DNA of 40,009 nucleotides from assembly GCA_001002325.1 (NCBI GenBank), contig LCNZ01000008.1:1-40009 (forward strand), in the 5' to 3' direction. The translations under genes were made by a program, and so were the position numbers. Origin of the DNA: Candidatus Amesbacteria bacterium GW2011_GWB1_47_19. GTDB lineage: Bacteria; Patescibacteriota; Microgenomatia; CAZETR01; Amesbacteraceae. The notes beneath the pieces were generated by a model, which saw nothing but the letters and a program-made list of their open reading frames with translations, did no database searches and was not told the origin of the DNA. Positions 7,880-16,174 of the stretch are shown piece by piece. Position 1 is the stretch's first letter, and each line of letters starts with the position of its first letter.

Positions 7880-7975
7880 TGCCAAAACCCTAGTGGTGCT
7901 GACGTCTCCGGGGGTCACGGGTAAGAAACCTGGCGGGACGCAGTTCATCCCGATCATTTCTGATCAACATCCCCG
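7839..7975 (-). ncRNA. Candidate oversized tRNA-like RNA (137 nt)
   Basis: CGGGGA (7975-7970) can pair with TCCCCG-A-CCA. It is followed by hairpins GATCA-GAAA-TGATC and GGGATG-AACTG-CGTCCC, a long GCCA...TGGC arm, and a canonical T arm. Manual folding only. Confidence 0.3.
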
Positions 7976-8035
7976 CGTTGGCGTTATCACATTTCTTAGT
8001 CATCGCCATTTTATGCCTTTTGTTTAATAAGCCAT

Positions 8036-8770
8036 TTAATCAGCTAACAATTCCTCAAGTGCGGCTGTATATGTTAAATCGCGTGTCCTATTTCTGTTTT
8101 CGGTTGCGTTTTTAAAGTTACCATGCAGGGCTGTCTCTTTTATTATGAGGTTATCTGCAATAATTAAGATTGCTGTTGCTGGAACATTAAAATGCCTAGA
8201 TACAGCAAAAACTGTAGAGGTTTCCATTTCAACACCCAGATAACCTTTCCTGGACCAGTTTTGTATATCTTCCCAGCTTTCAAACATCATTGCCTGACAA
8301 GTAACTACAGGTCCTTCATAAACTCTGATTTTAGATCCTAAACGTCGTTTCAAAGATTTACTTAGTTTCTCCTCAGAAAGATGCATATTACCACCTGAGT
8401 TAGGGTTGTACATTCTCGTCGTACTCTCGTCTCCATGGGAGTAAGTCGGTATTACAACACCTCCCATCTTTCCATCTTTAATCAATCCACCACACGTTCC
8501 TAGAACAATGTTTTTCTTCGATCCCAGCATACACCTGAAATGAAATATTTCGGAAATATAGGCACCACCATAACTAGTCTCGAACCAAAATCTTTTACCA
8601 TTGATTTTGAAAACAAGGACTTCACCTACAAAACTCTTACCCAGATGTTCATATTCCACGTCATATCCTTGCTCTTTAATTATCTCTTTAAGTAATCTCT
8701 TATCAACTTTATACTCCTTTGGTAAACCAAAATACTTTTTAAAATCTTCTACAGTGTGGCTTTTGTACAT
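8036..8770 (-). CDS. Nucleoside phosphorylase family (PNP_UDP_1) protein
   Basis: LGTCGGL, GDESTTRMY, GVEMETSTVFAVS and IIADNL motifs. Confidence 0.8.
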   Translation of the reverse strand: MYKSHTVEDFKKYFGLPKEYKVDKRLLKEIIKEQGYDVEYEHLGKSFVGEVLVFKINGKRFWFETSYGGAYISEIFHFRCMLGSKKNIVLGTCGGLIKDGKMGGVVIPTYSHGDESTTRMYNPNSGGNMHLSEEKLSKSLKRRLGSKIRVYEGPVVTCQAMMFESWEDIQNWSRKGYLGVEMETSTVFAVSRHFNVPATAILIIADNLIIKETALHGNFKNATENRNRTRDLTYTAALEELLAD

Positions 8771-8779
8771 ACTTTTGAT

Positions 8780-9919
8780 TTAATGATAACCATTAGCAGT
8801 AAGGATATGTTTTATTTTATCAGCCGTAGCATATGCTCCATTACCACCAAGCGAGTCAATGAATCTTTTACCATTGGCCACAAATTCATTTGACCAATTA
8901 TCTCTATTTCCTATTAATTTATTTAGCCGTCCACCTACACGCTTTTGTGTTTCGGGCGACTGCTCAAATTCTTTGAGTTGTTTTAATACCATCTGAGTGC
9001 TATCACATAAAGGTACTCCTTTAAGTTCTAGCCTTGGCATGAAGTTTGATAGATGTGTGTGTGCAGGAGCCAGATCCTGCTCAATGAATTGATCCAGTTG
9101 CAGATATTGGCTGTTGTTTGAGGGTGGTAAAAATATGGTTGGTGTGCCAGACTCAAAAGCGAGTTCCGCGGTTACGAGGCCCGGGGTTATAAGAATAACT
9201 TCAGAATGTGATAGCTCATCTAGAAATTTATCATGGGCTAGAATTTTGAATTCAAATGGGGTATCAGGAAATTTATCAGATAATTCTTTGGCTATCCGTT
9301 CACTTGTTGTAACAATCACTTTATCAAATTTACTCCAATCAATACTCTTAAGAAGTAGATTTGTCATCACAGAAGGATAGTTAGTATCTCGGCCTTCCTT
9401 ATACCAATAAGGTGCTTCTCCTCCACCATAAGAAATTAAAACCTGATTTTTCCTACTACCCCCACTCATCCTACCTATTATTGGTCCAACCTTGAACAAA
9501 TTTTTTATTTTGCTTGCGTATTTTTGTTCGTTGGCTTTGTCGTTCATTAGACGCTCTGTTACATACAAATCAACATTTAATACTTCATCTGGAATAGAAT
9601 CCCAAAACCAAAACAAACAATCTATCCAAGTAGTCAACTTTCCTATCTGTTGCGCAATTTTCACGCTAGGAATATCCATCGTACTAATAAGCATATCTGC
9701 CTTAGAAATAATTCCTTCGAGTTTAGAGTCTGACTCTGGATTATCCGTGTCTATCTCGTGAATTGTGTCAAACGGATAATTCTTAGCCAGTTGAAGAGAC
9801 GTGCCAAATCCAGCGAAAGTTAGTTCGTGTCCCTGTTCTTTAAGAAGGTCCACTACATCAAGAAGTTTTCCTATCGGGCCAAAAGCAAAATTCTCAGCTG
9901 TTAAGACAAGTTTAGCCAT
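8780..9919 (-). CDS. GT-B fold glycosyltransferase, reminiscent of cytosylglucuronate (CGA) synthase-related proteins
   Basis: N-terminal ENFAFGP loop, GHELTFAG, VGPII, LISYGG and TPGLVTAELAFESGTPTIFLPP..SQ. The CGA-synthase resemblance is from memory, not a search. Confidence 0.6.
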   Translation of the reverse strand: MAKLVLTAENFAFGPIGKLLDVVDLLKEQGHELTFAGFGTSLQLAKNYPFDTIHEIDTDNPESDSKLEGIISKADMLISTMDIPSVKIAQQIGKLTTWIDCLFWFWDSIPDEVLNVDLYVTERLMNDKANEQKYASKIKNLFKVGPIIGRMSGGSRKNQVLISYGGGEAPYWYKEGRDTNYPSVMTNLLLKSIDWSKFDKVIVTTSERIAKELSDKFPDTPFEFKILAHDKFLDELSHSEVILITPGLVTAELAFESGTPTIFLPPSNNSQYLQLDQFIEQDLAPAHTHLSNFMPRLELKGVPLCDSTQMVLKQLKEFEQSPETQKRVGGRLNKLIGNRDNWSNEFVANGKRFIDSLGGNGAYATADKIKHILTANGYH

Positions 9920-9928
9920 AATTGCTTA

Positions 9929-10978
9929 TTATGCAAACCCTAAAAGTTGGGTGAGTCTTTTTTCGTATGAATGTTTCGTGTTTAAGGTCTCTCGTATATC
10001 TTTCGTAAGTTTTCTATACTTGTCATAATTATCAAGAATATTCATTATTTTGCAGGCAGGATTATCAGACAACGTCAATTTATCAATTTCGTTTCCATAA
10101 AGTTCTTTTGCGTGCGTGAAATATTTTAAGATAAATGGTATTGTATCGGCTGTAAAAGTTTCAAACATTCTTGGTGTTACAAAACGAAGATCGTTTAATA
10201 TCGGTCGAATTAAAATCGGATGAAGCAAACCTCTACTCATAGTTTCTTCGACGTGTCCATAAGGCGCAGAATCAAGAATCTGGATATGATTTCTCCTAAG
10301 CAAAGCTGGTTCAGAATATGTTGCTTCTTCATAGCCCTCCATAACTTTACCTGACCAATATTGTCCAATAAGTGCAACTCTCTTAAGTCTTTTTCTAATG
10401 GGCTCAGTGACTTTTACAAGCCACCGAATATCATTCCATCTGTACCAATTATTACCCACGTATAGTAAATCGAAATCTTTCCGTGATTGCTCCGTCTCTA
10501 GTATTGCGCTTCTCATTCCAAAATACAGAAAAGGTGTTACGTTCTTTGATGTTGTTGATCCAAGAAAAGGTTGCAAAATAGTATCCGATAAGGAGTTGTA
10601 TAGTTCCGTCCAATGATAATAGGAATCTAGGCTCTTGTGGTTCGTATCGTCTTTAGAATGAATAGGTTTTGAATACTTTCCATCTGGATCTATTACAATA
10701 CGTTTGGATCTTGGAATCTGTTTATATATTTGGTGCAGATCTTCAATAGAGAGAAACTGATAAGACTCATAAACTATTACGAATAAATCGGGTTGCCACT
10801 GCCTATTTGCTACAGGAACCGTTGATCGGATGATATTATCAATATACCCAAATTCTGACACTCTAATATCGTAACCAAGTTTTTTACCAGCTTGGTAATA
10901 TCCAAGTATAGTATTGCTTGACCCACAGTTATATTGGAAATTTGCTACAAAAGCCACTTTTGCTTTTTTTGTAGGCAT
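9929..10978 (-). CDS. CgeB/Glyco_trans_1_2-like glycosyltransferase
   Basis: DLLYVGN, TPRMFE and terminal HSYEKRL motifs. ATG at 10978 (TTG at 10984 is an alternative). Confidence 0.75.
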   Translation of the reverse strand: MPTKKAKVAFVANFQYNCGSSNTILGYYQAGKKLGYDIRVSEFGYIDNIIRSTVPVANRQWQPDLFVIVYESYQFLSIEDLHQIYKQIPRSKRIVIDPDGKYSKPIHSKDDTNHKSLDSYYHWTELYNSLSDTILQPFLGSTTSKNVTPFLYFGMRSAILETEQSRKDFDLLYVGNNWYRWNDIRWLVKVTEPIRKRLKRVALIGQYWSGKVMEGYEEATYSEPALLRRNHIQILDSAPYGHVEETMSRGLLHPILIRPILNDLRFVTPRMFETFTADTIPFILKYFTHAKELYGNEIDKLTLSDNPACKIMNILDNYDKYRKLTKDIRETLNTKHSYEKRLTQLLGFA

Positions 10979-11008
10979 TTTCAATTCATTATGGGGATAA
11001 ACGATCGG

Positions 11009-11024
11009 ATTATATTGCTATAAT
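11009..11024. promoter_or_regulatory. Back-to-back divergent -10 elements
   Basis: TATAAT on the minus strand at 11009-11014. TGcTATAAT on the plus strand at 11016-11024, 8 nt before ATG 11033. Confidence 0.6.
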
Positions 11025-11032
11025 ATACCAAC

Positions 11033-12274
11033 ATGTCAAAAGGTTGTGTTCATGCAAAAAGTGAAGACGATATCGACGTCTTTTATAAGAAAACAATTTC
11101 TTATTGCTACCATAACCACAACTTAAACTTCCATGTATCGCAGACTCTTTTTAGCTCCCAAGATGTTGATATCGGTACACGTCGACTTTTATCAAACCTA
11201 ACTTCGGAAGATTACACCTATTCGAAAGTTCTTGATCTTGGATGTGGTTATGGAGTTATAGGCATTTCGTTAAAAAGTGTGAATCCGGAAGGTACCGTAC
11301 ACATGGTTGATAGAGATTCCCTTGCACTTGACTATACTCGCAAAAATTTAGAACTTAACCACTTTGAAGCATCAGTATACGCCAGCTTAGGATACGATCG
11401 AGTTTCGGATGCGGATTTTGATCTAATTGTTTCCAACATACCCGCAAAGATAGGAAAGCCAGTTCTCTCATATTTGCTTACTGCGGCAAGATTGCATTTA
11501 AAACCGAACGGGCGAGTAGCAATTGTCGTAATTGATGCGATCGCAGATTATATTACAGGAGTTATTTCGGATCTTGGAGTTAATATCCTTATCCAAAAGA
11601 AATATCCTGGACATATGGTATTTGTGTACGAATTCTCAGAGGGATCTTCAACCAAAAGGCCCATTCATGAATCCTTCGAAAAATATATTTATAATCGCGA
11701 AGAAAAACTCTTTACGGTGGATCATCATAGCCTCTCCATTCTTACAGCGTACGGATTACCTGAATTTGATACCTTAAGTTATGAAACTCAAATGGTTATT
11801 GAGTCTTTAAAAATAACTAAGTGCAAACAAGAAAATAAAGCTGTAGTATTCAACCCAACTCAAGGAATACTCCCCGTGGTCTTAACTCAATTTGTGACAG
11901 TTAAGGAAATCGCTTTAGTAGATCGCGATCTTTTGGCGCTTGAGGTGTCAAAAAGGAACCTCATTTTAAATGGCTTTGAAAAGGATCGTATTTCTTTGCA
12001 TCATCAAGCTGATTTAAAGATTATCAACACTGGTAATATCAACTGCATTATTGGAGTCTTTGATGAAAAAGACGGTCAGGCAGTTCATGCAAGGCTTTTC
12101 AATCAAGCAGCACAGCAACTTTCCCCCGAGGGAGTAATCGTGGTTGCATCAGGATCAACACCAATTACCCGAATTGAGGCAATTGCCCATGCAGATAAAT
12201 CTTTGGAAATACTTGGGCGCAAGAAAGCTAAAGGTAAAAGCGTTATAGTCTTAAGGAAGAAATCGAGATTTTGA
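11033..12274 (+). CDS. RsmC/RlmG-like tandem-domain (MTS) methyltransferase
   Basis: LFSSQDVDIGTRRL, VLDLGCGYGVIG, MVDRDSLAL and DLIVSNIP. The second repeat is degenerate (VVFNPTQG, LVDRDLLAL). Confidence 0.8.
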   Translation: MSKGCVHAKSEDDIDVFYKKTISYCYHNHNLNFHVSQTLFSSQDVDIGTRRLLSNLTSEDYTYSKVLDLGCGYGVIGISLKSVNPEGTVHMVDRDSLALDYTRKNLELNHFEASVYASLGYDRVSDADFDLIVSNIPAKIGKPVLSYLLTAARLHLKPNGRVAIVVIDAIADYITGVISDLGVNILIQKKYPGHMVFVYEFSEGSSTKRPIHESFEKYIYNREEKLFTVDHHSLSILTAYGLPEFDTLSYETQMVIESLKITKCKQENKAVVFNPTQGILPVVLTQFVTVKEIALVDRDLLALEVSKRNLILNGFEKDRISLHHQADLKIINTGNINCIIGVFDEKDGQAVHARLFNQAAQQLSPEGVIVVASGSTPITRIEAIAHADKSLEILGRKKAKGKSVIVLRKKSRF

Positions 12275-12285
12275 TCGGACAAGAG

Positions 12286-12294
12286 TGATACTAT
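12286..12294 (+). promoter_or_regulatory. Extended -10, leaderless spacing
   Basis: TGaTACTAT, 7 nt before ATG 12302. Confidence 0.55.
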
Positions 12295-12301
12295 TTTCCA
12301 T

Positions 12302-13132
12302 ATGACATCTTCAAAACAACACGAGATAGGCATGGCCGGATTAGCGTTATTGAGAAGTTGGTTGGTCGGTGACAAGGCGGTCGTAAAATCTATCATCAAA
12401 GAAGTCCGGGGGCTCGCAAAAGAAATAAAAGACGAATCCTCTGTAACTTTATTTAGTGTATCGGAGGGTTACAAGGCATGGGCAGATACATACGATAATA
12501 TGCCTAATCTTTTACTTGAAGTTGAGGAACCAGTAGTCAAAACATTATTAAACAAATTTTCGCCTGGAATTGCGCTTGATGCTGCATGTGGAACTGGAAG
12601 ATATAGTGAATTATTAAATTCTCTTGGTTATAAAGTGACTGGTATGGATCTCTCGCCAGCAATGTTATTCAAAGCAAGAAAAACTCGAAATAACAAAATT
12701 AATTTTATTGAAGGCGACCTAACAGCTATACCTTTAAAAGATGCATGTATAGATCTAACAATCTGTGCACTTGCTCTTACACATTTGCCCAACATAGAGA
12801 TAGCATTATCCGAGCTTAAAAGAGTAACTCACCCAAGCGGCCATATTATCATATCTGATATTCATCCTTGGCTAGTAATGTTGGGAGGACAGGCAGAATT
12901 TTTTGATAAAAAAGGTAAACATGGTTATATTCTTAACTATATCCATTGGCACAATGATTATCTCAAATCTTTTCAACAACTTCATTTACAAGTAATTGAA
13001 TGCTTAGAGCCAACCATGGAATCAAAACATGTAAAATTGGCCAAAAATAGATTTGATTTAAAAGAAAAAACTATTGTAACAGCGCTTCAAGGATTACCAA
13101 TCGCGCTCATATGGGTGCTAGAACGATCGTGA
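12302..13132 (+). CDS. Class I SAM-dependent methyltransferase (Methyltransf_11, BioC-like)
   Basis: ALDAACGTG, GMDLSPAML, GDLTAIPL, LALTH and RVTHPSG. Confidence 0.9.
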   Translation: MTSSKQHEIGMAGLALLRSWLVGDKAVVKSIIKEVRGLAKEIKDESSVTLFSVSEGYKAWADTYDNMPNLLLEVEEPVVKTLLNKFSPGIALDAACGTGRYSELLNSLGYKVTGMDLSPAMLFKARKTRNNKINFIEGDLTAIPLKDACIDLTICALALTHLPNIEIALSELKRVTHPSGHIIISDIHPWLVMLGGQAEFFDKKGKHGYILNYIHWHNDYLKSFQQLHLQVIECLEPTMESKHVKLAKNRFDLKEKTIVTALQGLPIALIWVLERS

Positions 13133-14676
13133 CCGCAAAAACTCTAAAAAAAATAATTACAGAAAAGAGTAACGATTACACTCCGCTCGAAGAAAAATAT
13201 AAAATAAATACAGGAAATTCTTTATTCGATCCAAACGCCATACCCTTTAAAACAAATTTAAAAAAGCCTTTTACGGTCTCAGTTGTTATACCGGCTTACA
13301 ATACTCAATTCTCAATCCTCGCTTGTTTGGCATCTATAGAACAAAGCAGTTTTAACGTCAATCACCAAGACAAGATTCAAGTGATAGTAGTCGATGATGG
13401 CTCAAAAGATAATACATGGAAACTCATTAAAAATTCTGATTTTTCATTAAACCTTACACTTATTCGACAAACAAATCATGGTCAAGCTCAAGCGCTGAAT
13501 ACCGGCATTTGCATTGCAGAAGGAGACATAATTATTTCCTGTGACTCAGACATGGTACTTGGATATTATACAATTGAACATTTTGTCACATGTCATCAAC
13601 AAATACCCAATGTTCTGCTAGCAGGCTTTCGAAGAGATACTCCTGAATCCGATCCCAGGGTAAATTCCGGCCTTATTAGGAAATACGGCAGTCATCTTGA
13701 CTCCTTTTTTACAAACGATGAAAGAATTTTTTTCCCGATTCCGGGTTGGCCAAGTAACATGTGCTTAATAAGCAACCACTTTAAAAATTTAGGAGAAGCA
13801 CATTGTTTATGGATGCCGGATAACGACGCTTGGCTTCTACAAGACATGGTAATTGGAGCGCTTTTTAGTCTTTCAAGGTCAGTTTATCTCGAGGTTGGTG
13901 GGTTTGACGAACGACTGGTGGGTTGGGGTTGCACGGATGGATATCTTGCTGCAAAAGCGATTGGTGCGAGCCAGTATATTGTGCCACTGTATGCAGCCTC
14001 TGGTCTGCACATAAATCATCAAATACGCCTTGAAAATAAACAACTGCAATATGAGGCAAACAGAGAATTATTTTTAAAGTTTATCGAAACAACTAAAGTT
14101 GATAACCACCCCGATTGGTTAAAACATGCAAAGGATCGAATTGTTGAATCATTCATACATACTCCAAAAAAAAAATTATATAGGCTGAAAACCAATTCCA
14201 TTGGAACGGATAATTTAGAATCTTACTTAAACAAGATTGATAGTTTGCTTGCAATCGGTGAATATACTCAAGCACTTGAAACAATTACAGACAAATCTAA
14301 AAAAAATAACAACTCAAAGTTATCTTTAAGACTTGGAAAGGTCTTTATTGGTATGAGTCTGTATAAAGAAGCTATCAAGGTTTTGAGTGAGATTTCTTCG
14401 TCTCCAGAAGTAGCAATTGAGTTGGTTGTTGCACTGGCTGCAGATGGTCAATTCAAACTTGCTAAGGAAGCGTTACAAAAACTAGCTCAAACTCATCCGG
14501 AAACACCAGAGCTTTCATATTGGTACAGGAGCTCCTCAGAAAAACACATTCAACAAGGAGAAAAATTTCTTAGCGAAGGGTTTTATAAAGTTGCTCTCCG
14601 ATGTTTTGAGGCAGCTCTTGTTGTAAATCCAATAGATAAATTGGCTTTAAAATATAGAAATCAATGCATTTCTTGA
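13129..14676 (+). CDS. GT2 family glycosyltransferase with C-terminal TPR region
   Basis: VSVVIPAYN, VVDDGSKD, ALNTG, DSD and VGGFDERLVGWG, then a helical TPR-like tail. GTG 13129 overlaps the upstream TGA (ATG 13111 is an alternative). Confidence 0.85.
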   Translation: MTAKTLKKIITEKSNDYTPLEEKYKINTGNSLFDPNAIPFKTNLKKPFTVSVVIPAYNTQFSILACLASIEQSSFNVNHQDKIQVIVVDDGSKDNTWKLIKNSDFSLNLTLIRQTNHGQAQALNTGICIAEGDIIISCDSDMVLGYYTIEHFVTCHQQIPNVLLAGFRRDTPESDPRVNSGLIRKYGSHLDSFFTNDERIFFPIPGWPSNMCLISNHFKNLGEAHCLWMPDNDAWLLQDMVIGALFSLSRSVYLEVGGFDERLVGWGCTDGYLAAKAIGASQYIVPLYAASGLHINHQIRLENKQLQYEANRELFLKFIETTKVDNHPDWLKHAKDRIVESFIHTPKKKLYRLKTNSIGTDNLESYLNKIDSLLAIGEYTQALETITDKSKKNNNSKLSLRLGKVFIGMSLYKEAIKVLSEISSSPEVAIELVVALAADGQFKLAKEALQKLAQTHPETPELSYWYRSSSEKHIQQGEKFLSEGFYKVALRCFEAALVVNPIDKLALKYRNQCIS

Positions 14677-14733
14677 CCCAATCATTCAAAGGTGATCAGC
14701 GTTCCAATAAGTTTCTTTATACTCTCTAGTATT

Positions 14734-14742
14734 TGATACAAT
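14734..14742 (+). promoter_or_regulatory. Extended -10, leaderless spacing
   Basis: TGaTACAAT, 7 nt before ATG 14750. Confidence 0.6.
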
Positions 14743-14749
14743 TCCAGGT

Positions 14750-15820
14750 ATGTCAGAACTTGCACAATCCAAGGGGATTTTTTCGGGAGATAACTTGCCC
14801 ATAGGCTGGAAGGACCAACGATCCAAATTGGACAGTTATTTGCATCATCTGAGTGTCGTCTGTCCAGATATGAAATTGATAGGTCAGATAACAAGAGGTG
14901 CAAATAGTACAACCTTTGTCTTAAAAGGAGCAGACGGTCTATGTATATGTCAGTTTAGTGGATCTCTAAAAGTAAACTTGAATTTTAACAACCCCTTTTT
15001 TCAAGAAGATCAGTCCGCATACAAATTCCGAGGAGTAAAAGAGAGAATGGCCTATCTCCGAAGTCAAAACATCGCCGTACCGGAGGTTTTTTCAACTGGA
15101 ACTGTAATTGTAGACGATAATCAAGAGGAGTTCGTCATTATGAATTTTGTTAAGGGAATAAGCGTTGATAGCTTTCTTTCTAGTCATCCTCATAAAAGAC
15201 AGCAGGTTTATGAACGAGTTGGAGTATTGCTTGCCCAACTACAATCAGTTCAACTTTTAGAATCTCACTCTTCTGCAAACGATTTAGTTATGAGAAAAGT
15301 GGAAAATGCTAGTACCTATCTGGTTAGAAACCAGATTTTGGCCTCAGAACATGGCAGACAACTAATGGGGGTGCTTAGTCGGAGAGTAGACCAGCTAGGT
15401 GACTTTCAAACAACATATGTCCATCTCGATCCAACTCCAGTAAATATGCAGGTAACCGGATCTATTGATAATTATGTGCTAACACTGCTAGATGTCGAAG
15501 CAATCAATCCTGGCCATCCGCTAATAGATGGTCTGGGCAGAAGTATAAAATGGGGAATACATGACTGGAACTACGTTTCTGGCGGAGAACTGACCAGTGT
15601 TTCTTCAACAGTGGATGCATTTCTTCGCGGCTATTCACAATTTGTGCCAGAGGCAACAAAATATATAATAGAACCTGAATTACTTCAACCACTAATGGTT
15701 ACGACAGAATTAGTATTGCTCCCCTTGTCAATAATGAAGGAAAACATGAAAGAGGAACCGGGAGAATATTACGATTGGAGCAAAAATAGGTTATTACAAC
15801 TGATTGAAGGTTGTGAATAA
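14750..15820 (+). CDS. Aminoglycoside phosphotransferase/choline kinase-like (APH) protein
   Basis: RGANSTTF Gly-loop, VPEV, MNFVKG, HLDPTPVN (HxDxxxxN) and LDVE. Confidence 0.8.
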   Translation: MSELAQSKGIFSGDNLPIGWKDQRSKLDSYLHHLSVVCPDMKLIGQITRGANSTTFVLKGADGLCICQFSGSLKVNLNFNNPFFQEDQSAYKFRGVKERMAYLRSQNIAVPEVFSTGTVIVDDNQEEFVIMNFVKGISVDSFLSSHPHKRQQVYERVGVLLAQLQSVQLLESHSSANDLVMRKVENASTYLVRNQILASEHGRQLMGVLSRRVDQLGDFQTTYVHLDPTPVNMQVTGSIDNYVLTLLDVEAINPGHPLIDGLGRSIKWGIHDWNYVSGGELTSVSSTVDAFLRGYSQFVPEATKYIIEPELLQPLMVTTELVLLPLSIMKENMKEEPGEYYDWSKNRLLQLIEGCE

Positions 15821-16029
15821 TTTTTTTGCTCGACAAACTTTATTAATTCCTTCAAGGCCATGAAGCTCTCAACTGTTGATTATGGGTGGTCTACGGAAGT
15901 AGTACCAGTTAGTCATCTTGTAACCAGAAAATAAAATCTTGCCCTCAAACTAGTTTTTAAAGTTCCTTAAAATTATTACATTTGCGTGATTTGTTCTTAC
16001 CCTGCTCCCTGCAAATTTCGGCGGTGCAT

Positions 16030-16059
16030 AAAAAGCCGGTATCCTGATTGCGGCCGACT
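16030..16059 (-). terminator. Possible intrinsic terminator downstream of tRNA-Pro
   Basis: AGTCGG...CCGGCT stem followed by TTTT on the minus strand. Confidence 0.4.
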
Positions 16060-16071
16060 CCTCTCTGTTAG

Positions 16072-16142
16072 TCGGGGAGCGGGGAATTGAACCCCGTCCT
16101 TTCGCACCCCATGCGAAAATTCTACCGTCAAACTCCTCCCCG
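16072..16142 (-). tRNA. tRNA-Pro(GGG)
   Basis: Acceptor stem CGGGGAG/CTCCCCG with A73; anticodon arm TTCGC-ATGGGGT-GCGAA; T arm CGGGG-TTCAATT-CCCCG. Followed by CTA, not CCA. Confidence 0.92.
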
Positions 16143-16151
16143 AATGGAATG

Positions 16152-16160
16152 ATTTTACCA
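16152..16160 (-). promoter_or_regulatory. Extended -10 for tRNA-Pro
   Basis: TGgTAAAAT, 9 nt upstream of tRNA base 1. Confidence 0.55.
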
Positions 16161-16174
16161 AAAAAACAGAAGGT

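Larger units (their letters stand above)
7880..16070. mobile_element. Genomic island integrated at tRNA-Pro(GGG); no integrase inside
   Basis: Flanked by a 39-bp direct repeat of the tRNA 3' half. Visibly more AT-rich than the flanks and carries only accessory enzymes. Confidence 0.85.

Noticed and set aside
7839-7975. tmRNA or group I intron-containing tRNA
   Set aside because: The GGGGATG start is tmRNA-like, but the 3' end is tRNA-Pro (no G3:U70), it is too short, and I see no tag frame or group I core. An uninterrupted tRNA-Pro exists at 16072-16142.
15860-15934. 24-aa ORF MKLSTVDYGWSTEVVPVSHLVTRK as a RiPP precursor for the island enzymes
   Set aside because: It has no clear promoter, SD or leader motif, and no peptidase or transporter is nearby. 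An ORF of this size is expected by chance.
15990-16095. C-terminal relic of a serine recombinase reading into the tRNA (..DSSLLVGERGIEP)
   Set aside because: It is interrupted by a stop with no recognisable upstream domain, too little to support.
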